A stretch of 60,736 nt of DNA, counting the filler, from Basidiobolus ranarum (lineage: Eukaryota): NCBI GenBank assembly GCA_040143965.1. It is 4 parts of 4 records of this genome, joined end to end, with 100 filler letters (N's around TTAATTAATTAA, not from the genome) between each part and the next. Parts side by side here need not be neighbours in the genome. Positions count along the whole stretch, not along the records: positions 1 to 15,147 come from JASJQH010007267.1; 3 more parts are not named here. One strand, given 5' to 3'. The notes under the pieces were generated by a model. It was not told the origin of the DNA. It ran no database searches and saw only the letters and a list, made by a program, of their open reading frames with translations. How positions within the stretch are numbered: the first letter of the stretch is position 1; each line of letters begins with the position of its first letter. This document shows, one piece after another, positions 1 to 12,550 of this stretch. Position numbers and translations under genes: made by a program.

Positions 1-2266
1 GCGGATGAGCAAATGTTTGACCCGGCCGGAATCTTGATCCCTCGAGGTGGTGACGATACCAAGCCTTTCTTGGTTGCAGCCTATTTACCTTCCATTCAAC
101 GACAGCCATTAGGCTTCGGTCGGGATACACATAGTTTGCCTAATACCCCAGTGGCAGATCGTTATATGCAACATCAAGTTGGACCGGGTAAAGCAGGTTT
201 CGATCCATTTGGTGGACCGTATACTTCTGCTTATGAGCAAGGATCGTTTAATTTTAGACGACCTGCGGAAAGACAGGAGAATTGGCAGGATGGTTTCCGA
301 CCAGAATACCGTGGAATGGACCAAGGAAATAACTGGAATAACGAACATCTACCACATCCTGGTAATAATAGAAATATTCATCCCAATCATCAACAACAAC
401 CACAGATGCACAGTGGAGAATTGGGGATGAGCGGACTCGACCCGGATGCTATCAGGGTCATGATGGAGCGTCAAAGATACATCCAAATATTACAACAACG
501 CCAACAAATGCTTATGCATCAGTTTCAACAACCCTATTCTCCACCTGCCCAGCAACCCCAAAGCCCAGGATTTCAGAATGAACTGTTAACGAAATTGCTG
601 CCCCATATCAATGCTGGTCAACCCAATGATCCTATGCTCCAAACTAGAGGTATGAATATGAATGCTCAGCTACCAGGATGGTCGGGTCCGAATCCCAATG
701 ATGCAGAGCCTACAAGTCCATACAGACAAATGGAAAATCCCCAGTTCAGACAAAACTGGCCTCATGATAACGCCGGAGCATCTGTTGATCCCCGAAACCC
801 CGCGTTACAAAATCCCAACCATTTCGGAAACGATGTAAATGCTCCAGGGCCCGAATTTCAAAATGAAAATGTAACAAATCAACAGCAAGAAAATCAAATG
901 GTCAACACTTTGGAGATGAAGGATGTAGAGCCAGCCCCTCAATCTTTTCCTACCACAAACACCGGTAAAGATAAAAGTCAAGAATTGGAGAATGAATCTG
1001 CAGAAACGATTCCTGAACCTGTTAAGGAGGAAACCAAGGAAATGGCACATTCATTGGCGCACCAAGAAGAAACCTCTCAACATCTTGAAGGATCCATCTC
1101 TCATGATGAAACAGAACAAATGGATACTTATAATGCCTCGAACAGCGCTCCTTGGGCCAAAGCCAACTCATCTCCAGATATGGAGGCTGACAGTGCCTCA
1201 GATCGACTCTCACTTCGAGAAATTCAGGAGATAGAGGCTAAGATGGCAGAAGCCCATAAGATGGAACGTCAAGCACAGCTACATTCTGAATTTGCTATGT
1301 TACAACATCAAGAAAAATCGGATCATGAGGCTTCGGCTGCTCTTACCGCAGCCATGTCAGGTTGGCATAACACCAATGCACCCAAGAAGAGCATTCTTGA
1401 AATTCAAAAAGAGGAGGAGGAAGCTACTAAGCGTAAAGCTCGTCTAGAGATGCAATCCAAACTTGCTTCTATTGCTGGATCCGCAGGAAAACGATATGCT
1501 GATACAGTTGCCGCTGGCTCAAAGGTATATAAACATTCTGGCTTTAATAAGTAAATCTTTAGATTAACCAATTGATTATGACCCTTTTTCAAATCTAGAC
1601 AAGTGAGGGCTGGGTTACTGTTGTAGGCAGCAAGAATCAAACCGACAAGGTCACCAATATTCCAGTAACAGCAAATAAACCCGAACCAACGAGCACCGTC
1701 AAGTTCGTGAACTCATTATCTTTGAACTAGGAATTGATGAACACTAACCCATTATTTCATTTTTTAGAGCCACACCACAAGCACAACTCAAGCCAACTGC
1801 CTCTGACTTTCCACTTCCTTCTATGGCATCCACCATAACACGTAAAAAGTCCTACCAAGAATCTAAGCCATCAGAAGAATTTCTAAAATGGTGTAGAGCA
1901 TCACTCAAAGATTTAAATGGGATCAATGGTAACTCGCAGTGTTTATTATCCCAAAAAGAATTAAGCTAATTCAATTTCAACCAATGGAATCATCTAGTGG
2001 ATGATTTCGTTCAGATGTTGCTCACTTTCCCATTGAATCCACCACCAGCAACTATAGAGATCATTTCGGAATCGGTTTATGCCAGCTCCACTACCTTAGA
2101 TGGAAGACGATTTGCTCACGAATTCATCAAAATGCGCAAGATCGATGCAGGTCTTATCCCCGGTCGTATAGGAGAAACTGTCAAGGCTTCAGAAGAGCCC
2201 GAAGAAGCAACGATCAGTAATCAGGGATTTAAAGTAGTCACCAAGAAGAAAGGGCGTAAACATTGA
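1..2266 (+). CDS. GYF-domain protein (Smy2/GIGYF-like), 5'-truncated at the window start, multi-exon
   Basis: The frame is open from base 1 with a GYF-domain tail (DEQMFDP..LI.R.G....PFL). It has a Q/N/P-rich middle and SLREIQE and KSILEIQKEEE motifs. GT-AG introns at ~1525-1598, ~1703-1767 and ~1929-1997 splice in-frame to the Smy2-type C-terminus PSEEFLKWCRASL...VDDFVQMLLTFP...STTLDGRRFAHEF...FKVVTKKKGRKH. Confidence 0.85.
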
Positions 2267-2490
2267 TCACTCAACATTTGGCTAATGGTAATGCAACAAC
2301 GTATAAGAATCCCCCAAAAAGAGGAGAAACGCATGCTTAACAATGATTTGTGGATGCGATCGTCCACTTTCATCCCAATTATCTTTCTTTATTTAATCAA
2401 TTTACGCACATGATCCACGAGTGTCGTTACAGCATTCAAAAGAACGATCATGTATAAATGCAACTTGCTCAACTCAATAAATATATAACC

Positions 2491-2547
2491 CTAATCTGCG
2501 TAACTAATCTGCGTAACTAACTAATCTGCGTAACTAATCTGCGTAAC
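2491..2547. repeat. 13-bp tandem repeat (CTAATCTGCGTAA x4)
   Basis: Four copies are directly visible, with one extra CTAA in the middle. Confidence 0.95.
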
Positions 2548-2579
2548 CAGCATTCCTATTTGTATCCATTCGCACCAAT

Positions 2580-3784
2580 TTGTACTAGACAGTAGATGGA
2601 TTCGTACGAGCCCTAAATTTCATTCCTGGTATGATATCGCATTGCAAATGCTTAGTGCGAGTCCAACCGTCTTTGAAACAGAAAAATACCTGATCCATAT
2701 TTGCACACAATAAACTGCATTAATCAACAGTGATACAGATGCGAATATATCAAATGATATCGGAGAGATTTTCGGCCATTTACCTCGTACACCCGGTATT
2801 GCATCCTCCTTTTGCATGGAAGCGTAGAGTTCAATATCTTATCAGTTAGTTATTAGCTGCATCCATACAAGCTTAATGGCTATAAGACAAAATGCAGTGC
2901 CAGGTTACATCATTTATTCACTCGATCTGATTACGGTGTAAAGTCATGAGTTCTTGGCAAGCATATGCTATGCAAAACTGGTTCATTCACTGGATCAGTT
3001 ACCATCGCATATCAGTACTCCCTGGATATCTTCTCTGTCGTAATGCTCACCAAGTGGAGTCTGTTCATGGGGTGGGTACCTTGCATATTTGAATCCCAAA
3101 TCGACGCTGTTGTGGTAACTACTGTACTGATAGGGTCATCTTTAATGAAGATAACTGTCAAACGCGATTCCCTTAATGTGTAAATTAAGCTACTCATCTG
3201 TGCTACCACATGGTAATAAACTAGTGGCTATCTAACTGGTACTTTAAACTCGACAGCTGGATGAGTCTCTAACAACTAGTTAAGTGCTGGGCAGAGGCTG
3301 TTGAGATAGAAGTCTTCGGGAACTAGTGCATGACTGAACCGAGGTTGGAACGTGGAGAAGCATTGATCTAGCCAACCACATAACCCTATGTTTTCACAAA
3401 ACCAATGATGGTACAAGTTCACCATCAGCCCAACACTAGTTGGTCCAATATAGTTCATAAATTAATCAATTCCAATGCAACACCAAATGATTTCCATTTA
3501 ACCATCGCCTTCCATCCTGGTTTGGTATAGTCCTTTCTTGAATTGTCGAATTGGTAGGAAATTTTCATTAAATTCATTATTAATTTGGTAGTGGTTACAC
3601 CTATGGTCCTCATTGCGAAGGGAAATTCAACGAACATCCATGCAAAACCAATACAGGGCCCATGTTCATAATCCTGCATATATAAATCTCTCCAGCGGCT
3701 ATGGGGTTCGCCTGTAGGTTGCGTTTGTTCAAGCCCTCCTTGAATTTCGCTATAAAACTCGATTAGCCACCAACTCAATTCCAA
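2580..3784 (-). pseudogene. Fragmented membrane-protein-like ORFs, possibly a decayed cation-channel gene
   Basis: Several collinear minus-strand ORF pieces. DIFASVSLLINAVYCVQIWIRYFSVSKTVGL loosely resembles a TRP/polycystin S4-S5 region, but no intact gene model could be built. Confidence 0.2.
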
Positions 3785-3822
3785 CTGCTTCCTTTACTAC
3801 CTTCATCACATAGTTCCGATAT

Positions 3823-5393
3823 ATGGTTATAAGCCGCCCCCAAATTGATCCCAAAGTTGTCACAAATGATGGTTATATCGCAGATACTAAGGTCTCCATA
3901 GGAGCCTATTTCAAAAATGAGATAAAGATGTCCTCGAAACTTGGGAAACCGGATTACCATTTGAGTAACCGTACTTCCCGTGAAGGAAAGCTAAGCTTAA
4001 TCATACAAGTACCAACCTTTTCAATAACTGCTTGATTGCTTCGATTTGCTAACAATCTGCCATTTCCAGGCCTTTCCCTCGCTTCTAGTCGGCATGGCTG
4101 GTTGTATGTATGCCGGTTGGATGTTAGATCAAATACAGGTAATTCATATGTGATTTATCTCGTCCTTATCTGCCCCACCCTAACCTTTTTGATAAGGGTT
4201 GGCAAGTATTTGTCCAAATCTCAGAACTGTTTATTCTGGTCCCTATCTTACTAAATCTCAAGGGAAATCTGGAGATGAATTTGGCCGCAAGATTATGTAC
4301 AGCCGTGAGTAAAGTAATTTCTTTTTTCTCCTTGACTGAAACTAATGTGTGCAATGCTTGTTAGGCCAATCTTGGAGAGATAGATGTGCCGTCTACAAGA
4401 CGTCGCAATTTGATCGTGGGAAATATGATGCTCATACAGTTACAGAGCGTTGTGGTTGGAGGAGCAGCCGGTTGCTTTTCAATTGTTATGGCTAACATGC
4501 TTAACCCTTCATCAAATACGTTACCTGAGATGTTGTTGGTCATTACTAGTAGTATTCTATGCGCTTCGCTAAGTAGCTTGATCTTGGGTGCCTTTATGTG
4601 TGCCGTAGTTATGTATAGTAGAAAATTGAACATCAATCCAGATAACGTGGCTTCTCCCTTAGCCGCTAGTCTTGGTGATATCATTGCGTTAACGTTGTTT
4701 GCTGGGTTTAGTCGTGGACTGTTGGTGGTGATAGGTAAACTCTAATCCTCAACAATAATGACTGACCAATAACTAACCTATTTGGGGAATTATATAGATA
4801 CACAAATATCGCTTATTCTCTTGATCATTCTGTTACTGACCATCCCAGTGTGGATACATCTGATCTTAGCTAACGAGCATGTAAAGCACTTGCTGTTTGT
4901 TGGATGGTCACCCATTTTTGGGGCATTATTGATCTCTAGCTTCTCAGGATTGGTTCTGGAACGTTTTATCAATCAATATACGGAGCTTGCTTTGTTTTCC
5001 CCCGTGTTGACTGGGGTAGCGGGAAATATCGCCAGTATATATGCATCTCGTATTTCCACTGCATTACATACATTGCAAAAAGAGAATCACTCCGGAGTGA
5101 TGTTAGTCTTATTCGGTTTAAATATTCCTGCCCAATGGATCTTCTTATTCGGTGTTACCAGCTTAGGATTAGGTACTGGTGTAGTCAGTATTCCTTTGTT
5201 CATCATGTACACATTTACTTCTGTCACTTTGGTAACTGCTATGTTACTGCTTACAAAGTGGTTATCGTATTACCTTTGGAATCGTCAGTTAGATCCAGAC
5301 AATTATATCATGCCTATTGTGACCGCTGTCGGGGATCTCATCGGTACCCTTATGTTGGTTTTCGCATTGATTATCATTTCTCCCGAATGGTGA
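3823..5393 (+). CDS. SLC41/MgtE-family divalent cation (Mg2+) transporter, 5 exons
   Basis: The spliced reading is [58 protein letters not shown]... It contains both MgtE repeats: [16 protein letters not shown], and PVLTGVAGN...ASRIST...[20 protein letters not shown]. Confidence 0.92.
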
Positions 5394-5772
5394 TCCCTCA
5401 TTTTAGCCCTCATTCTAGCCCTCATGAAAGACATTTCTTTGAAGTGATCTTCTCCCTTGTAAAAACTTCAAAATAATTCATTAATATATGGAAATAGACT
5501 TCCTTAATCATTCGATTATCTTCGTGTGTCTGTTACGGATACTTTTTCGGTCTTTATTAATCGAAATTGGCTCTTTTATGTGGTGACTTATATGGTGGGT
5601 ATGATAGAGTGCTATGGTGTAGTTAAACGGTGAATACTTGCTGAGAGACAAGCTAAAATTGTAGGGAGGGAGAAAAGTGGAATAATACAAAATGTAAATG
5701 TATAGCTGTTGAAATTCTTATTGGTCTAAGGACCATAAATCAACTGAATTCAGTTCGCAATTTATGTTTAGA

Positions 5773-7108
5773 TTAAGCAAGGTTCTTGATGACTTCTGCA
5801 GTGAATTGAGAGTTGGTGGATTTACCTCCCAAATCACCAGTGAGTGTCTTACCATCAGCAATGGTTTTGAGCACTGCCGACTCGATGGAGTTGGCGAATG
5901 ATTCAAGCTTCATGTGACGCAACATCATAACGGAACTGAGAAGAAGAGCAGTGGGGTTGGCCTTATCTTGACCTGCGATATCGGGAGCAGTACCGTGGAC
6001 TGACTCGAAGATGGATGCAGTCTTACCAATGTTACCAGATGGTGTAAGACCCAATCCACCGATCAAACCAGCACACATATCCGAGATAATATCACCGTAC
6101 AAATTGGGCATAACCATGACAGCGTCAGCATAGGTATGAGGGTCTTGAACAACGTGAAGACAGGCACGGTCAAGTAAAACATCATCAAACTTGATTTGAG
6201 GGAATTGTTGTGCGACATCACGGCAAGCACTCAAGAATAATCCATCGGACATCTTCATGATGTTAGCCTTGTGAACAGCAGTGACACGGTCACGTCCGTT
6301 AGCGACTGCGTATTCGAAAGCATATCTGGCACAACGTTCAGATGCTTCTCTGGTGATCAATTTGATAGATTGAACAACACCATCGATAACCTCATGTTCA
6401 ATACCAGAGTATTCACCTTCAGTGTTTTCTCTGATCAATACAGTGTTAACATTATCGTACAATGTCTTGTATCCAACGATGCTCTTGCAAGGACGTACGT
6501 TGGCGTAAAGATCAAAGGTTCTTCTCAAGGTCAAGTTGAGGGAAACGTGACCCTTACCAATTGGTGTAGCCAAAGGACCCTTCAAAGCAATCTTGTTCTT
6601 GGTAACAGAGTGGAGAGCTTCATCAGGGATGACGGTTTTACCTTCTCTGATGACAGGTGTAACATCAACCTCTTCCCATTCAATAGGAACCTTAGCGGCG
6701 GCGTAAATGTCTTTGACAGACTTTGAAATTTCAGGGCCGATTCCGTCACCAGGAATGAGTGTAACAACATAGTTTCCCTTTAGAAGAGGAATCGTTAGCA
6801 CTTGGCTAGGATGTTTGGATAAACTAGTTTACAACTTACTGTAGCAGGGTTCTTGTTCAATACAGGTGCAGAGGTGGCAGTAGCCAAGGTTCTGACAGCA
6901 GAGAACTGAAGTGAAGTAAAAAAACTTCTGTTAGTAATCAGTTATTAAATTAGAATGGCAAAGTATTGCCATAAATGAACAGATTCTGTCAGTAAAAAAG
7001 GTGACACAGTGTCTTGAATATTGAAGGTCAGATAATTGGAAATACTTGTACCTGAGCAGTATTACGTAAAGCTCTAATGGCAGCAGGGGTAGACTTGGAC
7101 AAGAACAT
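5773..7108 (-). CDS. IDH2: Mitochondrial NAD-dependent isocitrate dehydrogenase subunit 2, 3 exons
   Basis: Motifs [69 protein letters not shown] and ANPTALLLS. Two short upstream exons encode a targeting peptide [28 protein letters not shown] (ATG at 7108). Confidence 0.95.
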
Positions 7109-8114
7109 ATTAGTTATGGTGAGGTGTAGTTCAGGTGAACAAGGAAAAAGTTAAAGGTAAGAAGAAAACCAACGGTATAGGAGTTAACAGGAAGGGAGCA
7201 TTTATGTAATTTTAAGGGTTGTTCCCTCAAAACGTCATTGAGGGAAAAAATTTTGAGCGTCCGTGTATCTAATCTTGGGTCGTCAATTCGAGAATATTAA
7301 CTCAAAACGATTGCCAGTCATACCACACATCAAATACACCTAGTAAAATGACGATCTCAAATAAATGAAATGGTACTCTATCTTTACATAAAAAAGAGAA
7401 CAGGAGATGTCGGGGAATTTAATGTGAACATATATACAACGGTTTATTTTCAACCATTGGCCAGGACTGCCGAGGTGTAGTAAAAGTGGGGGTAGGTAAA
7501 TTGGAGATTTGGTGTATAAAGATTAACCGCACTTTTATAACTTCCTAAATTGGAATTCCCAGTAAGTCCATAATTTGAGATTTGGGCAGAGACTTGGTGG
7601 GATTTGGGCTCATTTCCCCATCATTGTTGCCTCCTTACTTGTGTCCAATCCGAAGAATCAGGAAAGGATGCCGAAGAATGGGGCATTTTCTTCGTATCAT
7701 TCGTTCTCATTTATGGAATACGAAATCGGTAATCATTCGTCAGTTTGCTTCAGATCTGGAGAATAGTGGGGAAGTCACGTGCTAGGCCCAATGGACAATA
7801 ATAGCAGCAGTGGCTTTAATAGTGGGTGAGTGGTTCATCATTAATAATAATAGTGGGTAAGTGGTTCATCGTTTATCCTTCGCTGTCTGTTGAACAGCAT
7901 CCATCACATCTATGAAGGATATATAATGATACTATTTAACCGTCTCTGAAGGAGGTAGAGTGAGCCTTGATACTGCTAAGGTTTATTATAGATAAGCTAT
8001 AGTGTGTGAGAGTACTAAGTGTGTGAGAGTACGATACATGGTATTTAAGCAATTAATTGAAAGAGATTGTATTTGTACAGGGACTATTTTTGACTTTACA
8101 CAGAAGAGATGCAT

Positions 8115-8288
8115 TTAGCGCGCAATCCAGCGACATATAGTTTCCAAGCAATATGCTGGCGATATCGTTGAATTGTTTGCGGATTTGTCTGTGGGTTTAC
8201 CCTTAGTAGGAGCATTGTTACGGTGGGGGTGTCTAGCGTGTTGCAGCTCATAGTGATGGCGAGCGGTGGTCATGCATATAGGATCCAT
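8115..8288 (-). CDS. Putative 57-aa small protein (MDPICMTTARHHYELQHARHPH...PAYCLETICRWIAR)
   Basis: ATG-to-TAA ORF below the track cutoff, with an A/C-rich leader and a TATAAAA about 130 nt upstream on the same strand. No recognised family. Confidence 0.35.
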   Translation of the reverse strand: MDPICMTTARHHYELQHARHPHRNNAPTKGKPTDKSANNSTISPAYCLETICRWIAR

Positions 8289-8312
8289 AGCGTCGAGATT
8301 TAATGTTTTGAG

Positions 8313-8388
8313 ATTTTGATTTAATATTAGTGTAGAATGTTGAAATGAGAAATTTTGATTTAATATTAGTGTAGAATGTTGAAATGAG
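8313..8388. repeat. 39-bp tandem duplication
   Basis: ATTTTGATTTAATATTAGTGTAGAATGTTGAAATGAG occurs twice in tandem. Confidence 0.9.
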
Positions 8389-8732
8389 TGATAGTATAAT
8401 TTTCTTGGTGGTCTTTTATAAGATTTTAATTGTCTAGCAAATCCTGTTTAATCGAACTTTGAGCACACGCTTAAATAAAAGATCAGGCTAGATACTCTGA
8501 GTCAGAAAACTAATGACGAGTGAATCTCAGTTTAATTGGAATTGTACAGGCTAATCCCCAAACTATAGTCAATCAATTTATGCAGTCTCTGTCATTCGCA
8601 GTCACCGTCGCACTGGCTGTTAATGATTATCGGAATGTTCACGGGATTTTCAGGATGGATGTCGCTGGAACCAATGTAGAACCTAATTAGTGTTTATATT
8701 TGTAGGGATGTATGATGTGAATTCACTAGAGC

Positions 8733-11009
8733 TTATTCACAGTTGTCACACATGCACAATGGATAGAATGCTCGGTTATATTCGCTCAATATATCATGTG
8801 GTGGTGTGCTCGAGGTACTTGCGCACACCTCAACATTTAATGGACTATTCATAGGCGTATCAAGTGGAGATTGAACTGCATCTGAACTCTCGGATCCATC
8901 GCTCTCGGCCTTTAGAGGTGTTAAGTTGGAATAGGTCGGTAGCTCTATCATAGAACGTTGGCGTTGCATAGAGTTTATTGTCAACAAGTTTGATTGGTTC
9001 GATGGATTTAGTCGTTCTTCAATGGAGTCTGGCTCAGTTTCATAAGGCATAGATAAACCTCTACGTCTTCTATGTATCAAAGAGGGCTTCTGGTCGAGTA
9101 ACTCACAATGTGGGATGTGAGTGTTATCTAAAGGTATGTGCTTTATAGTAGATCGAACTTTTCTAAGACGCAATCTCTCAGGTTTGGGCCGTAGTTTCGT
9201 TTCAGTATCAGTGGAATTTTCGTTCAACAAAAAATCGTAAATGCTCTCTTTGGGTTTGACAACTACGCCAATTGCAGGAGTGTTCGGCTTCTCCTCATCT
9301 TCTGAACTTCCTTGAATTGTCGAAGGTTGTACAACACTGCGCTTCATTATGACCGGTGCTCTGGAAACATATTTCTTGGTATTCTTTGAAATGTCGAGTT
9401 AGTTACATACATGATGATAACATGGATCAAAATTAAGGTTGAATTACCTTCGGAGGTGTTTCCACTGGGGCGCTGCTCAAAAATTCGTAGAGTGTTTCGG
9501 CTTTCTTTTTCGGTATGATGATTTTCTTAGGCTCAGGAACATCAGGTTTAAGGAGATTCGGAGTTATTTTGATTGGAGCCCTTGGTTGGTATTTTTCTTT
9601 CTTCTTGAGAATCTAAAGTTGATTTGAGTATGAGTACTAGAAGAGATAAGGAGACGATGGATAGTTTGTTACCTCAATACTTCGTAGTCGATTAGGTGTA
9701 AGAGTGATTTTTTTCGTTTCATTAGCATGAAGAAATTCTTCAAATGATTCATCCTAATTGTAAGCAAAGTCAATCCCTGTTCTATTCCAATATGCCGAAT
9801 CCTTAACAAATTACCAAAACTGCATTGTTTCCTTCACTCTTTGTGGTTTCCACACTTTTTCTCGAAAGGCGAAGAGCTTCAACGGAGCGACTTCGATGAC
9901 TTAGATTCTGAGATTCACTGGGTATTGTAGGCATAAACCGGAACAGCCCAGTCTTAGGAGAGGGTGAGTTCTCATTAGAGCTGGGTGTACTTGTTGTCTT
10001 AGATTTCCCCTTCAAAATAAATGAAGAGAATGATCTTCCTTTCTTTGGAGGGGCATCCTGTGAAGGAAGGTCAAGAAATTGCTGTCTTTCCGCAAGAATG
10101 GGTGGCTCTTCGCGATCCGACTTGGCAGCAAGAGACGCCTCATGTGTATCTCTGGAAATACCTGTAGTAGTGATTTTTCTTTCCACAGGAGTAAAGTTCT
10201 TGGAACCTTTTGCCATAGCCTCAGCTACAGCACGTTTCTATTATATATACTTTGTAAGACATATGTGATTGAGATATATATTGTGAAGTCACCAGTACCT
10301 GCAATTTGGAGTACAGCATCATTTCTTGAAATAGTCCTTTGATATGATCATCGATATTTAGTCCACTGTAGACCTCCTCCAAACCAATACCAGCTCTACA
10401 CTGTTGTTTAGCCATTACTGCCACGCTGTTGATCAAGAACCTTGCCATATATTCGAGTATAGCAGTGATAAATAGGACAGTGATGCTGGTAAAGTCTTCT
10501 CCCGCCTGTTGAGGGCCAAGGAGTAGTCGAGAAGGATTTGCATGTTCAGTTCCAATCGTACTATATCTCAGACATTTAACCCTAAGCTGCTCATATGTAG
10601 CAGTTTTATCTGGATCAGGCTCTGAGATGGTGATTAGTTCAACTCGATTTGTAGCCAGAGCACTGCTAGGCTCACTGGTTGAACTTGTTTTGGAGAAATT
10701 ATGAGCACTACGTATTGCTTCTCTGGCCAACGGGCCATGTGGAAGAAGTTTCATTAACGATTCTTCAACTCCCGATATGTCCATTTTATCGGAGGGTAAA
10801 TGTGAAATCAACAGATACAGTAGCTCGTCAAGAAAGCCGTTGATCGCAAACACTGCATCGTTGGTGACAGGAAAAGAGCCAATTCGCGATACAATTGACT
10901 TGGTCGCCTTGGGGGTCACATACATCGCATCTAATGAATAGAAAAGTTAGTTAGAATCATGCCGTAGAGATTGCTAGAATGAACTACCTTTAGCAGAAAG
11001 AAGTCGCAT
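8733..11009 (-). CDS. Conserved fungal hypothetical protein with an N-terminal histone-fold-like domain, multi-exon
   Basis: Starts MRLLSAK|DAMYVTP. It carries AINGFLDELL and an H2A-like LFITAILEYMA segment. A small exon at ~9673-9753 encodes DESFEEFLHANETKKITLTPNRLRSIE and a later exon has KESIYDFLLN. Canonical GT-AG introns link the ORF pieces. Confidence 0.7.
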
Positions 11010-12085
11010 CTTTCAAATGTATCTGACACTTATATCTTCTATGGATTCCAGGAAAGCTCGGATATTGAGCGCTAGATAGAATGAAGAGATAAATAGGGAA
11101 TGTTTCTACCTCGACTATGAATTGAGAAAAAGAAAACGAGTAGCAACTATTTAACCAAACATAAACTCCTAAATCTGACGCTAGTGATCAAGCAAATGCG
11201 GGGTAGAATCAACCTTGAAGGTAGACTGGATCCGTTGAAAGTAGACTGGATCCGATCCAACACAATACTCTTTGTTCGGCAAATACATGCGATAGGAAAT
11301 GGGGACGTTGAATTGGGAAATTCATTTGAGCAATTCATTAGAAATATTCATTTGAGCTGTAAGGTTAGCGCTACATGCAACCCATGCAGATGAAGATATT
11401 TAATCTAGTAACAGTTGACTTGAGGAAGTTCATGCGAAGGGGAACAAACCAAACGCACTCATAACAGTGTGGAGAAAGTGCGAAGTTTGAGCATGACGCT
11501 TGCCCTTACGTTTACGCCTACCCTCACCCTTGCCCTTGCCTTTGCGCTTGGAACACAAACGATGCACGTTTACCGTAATTACGAAACAATTAATCTTGTT
11601 TGTTACTCCTTACCCCACCCCAATTACTTGCTCATATATAGATGTGACTTTAGGCTATTCCGGATACCTTTACCAAGCTTCCTGACAACATTTGTAATGT
11701 AATGTTTGAATACCAATCCGGGAATTTGGTGATTATAGATCAGTTCTTTCAGAAATTAAAACCTGCTTTATTCAGAAAAGGGATTTGCAATAACTAACTT
11801 GTAGCTAACTTGTCATACGAGGTACTCTTCTCTCATCGGAGAATTCACTTCACACTGTTAATGATTGCCCACCGACAGACATGTTCCGTAGAATTCCCTC
11901 TAGATACCAGTCCTGGTTGCAACATGAATGGTTACTGGTGCTATCTTGTCTCAAAAGTAGTCAAATATTGGAGAGATGCAATCACCAAATATGTCATTGT
12001 TTCACCCACGCTCAGTGGCTTAATATGCAGGAAATCTGGTTAAAATACTTGTAACAATGTTTTCCTCCCTCCACTTGTGCTCGTG

Positions 12086-12177
12086 CGTACAGTTGAATTA
12101 CGTACAGTTGAATTACGTACAGTTGAATTAAAAAGCTACCTCTGGAATTACGTACAGTTGAATTAAAAGGCTACCTC
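12086..12177. repeat. 15-bp tandem repeat (CGTACAGTTGAATTA x4) with a duplicated AAA(A/G)GCTACCTC spacer
   Basis: Directly visible in the sequence. Confidence 0.9.
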
Positions 12178-12550
12178 CGTAGTCATTAAAGTCCGGCACC
12201 GAAGTTAGCTTTATGACTTGCATTGGATTACATCTGTGGAGCTTAATTAATGTAGCTTATCGCTCGAAATGGGAACTGACTTGAAGACTGTTGACTAAAG
12301 AACTGCGAGTACACACTACATAATAATAATACAGAGCTGTGAGTACATAATACTGCGAACCTTATCCTTATCATTTACTGTAAGTTCAATCTGTACAAAT
12401 AATCTTCACGTAGAATGTGATAGCAGCAGGGATGATTTGGCCCTAAGCTTAATCTTGCTCAATAATGAACACCTTAACCTTAGATGAATCAATTATACTT
12501 TATTTATGTGACATCATATGGAGGTTATGCATTCAACCACAAATAAATAA

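Noticed and set aside
2491-12177. Short direct repeats at 2491, 8313 and 12086 as CRISPR-like arrays
   Set aside because: They are head-to-tail minisatellites with no unique spacers or cas genes, in a eukaryotic context.
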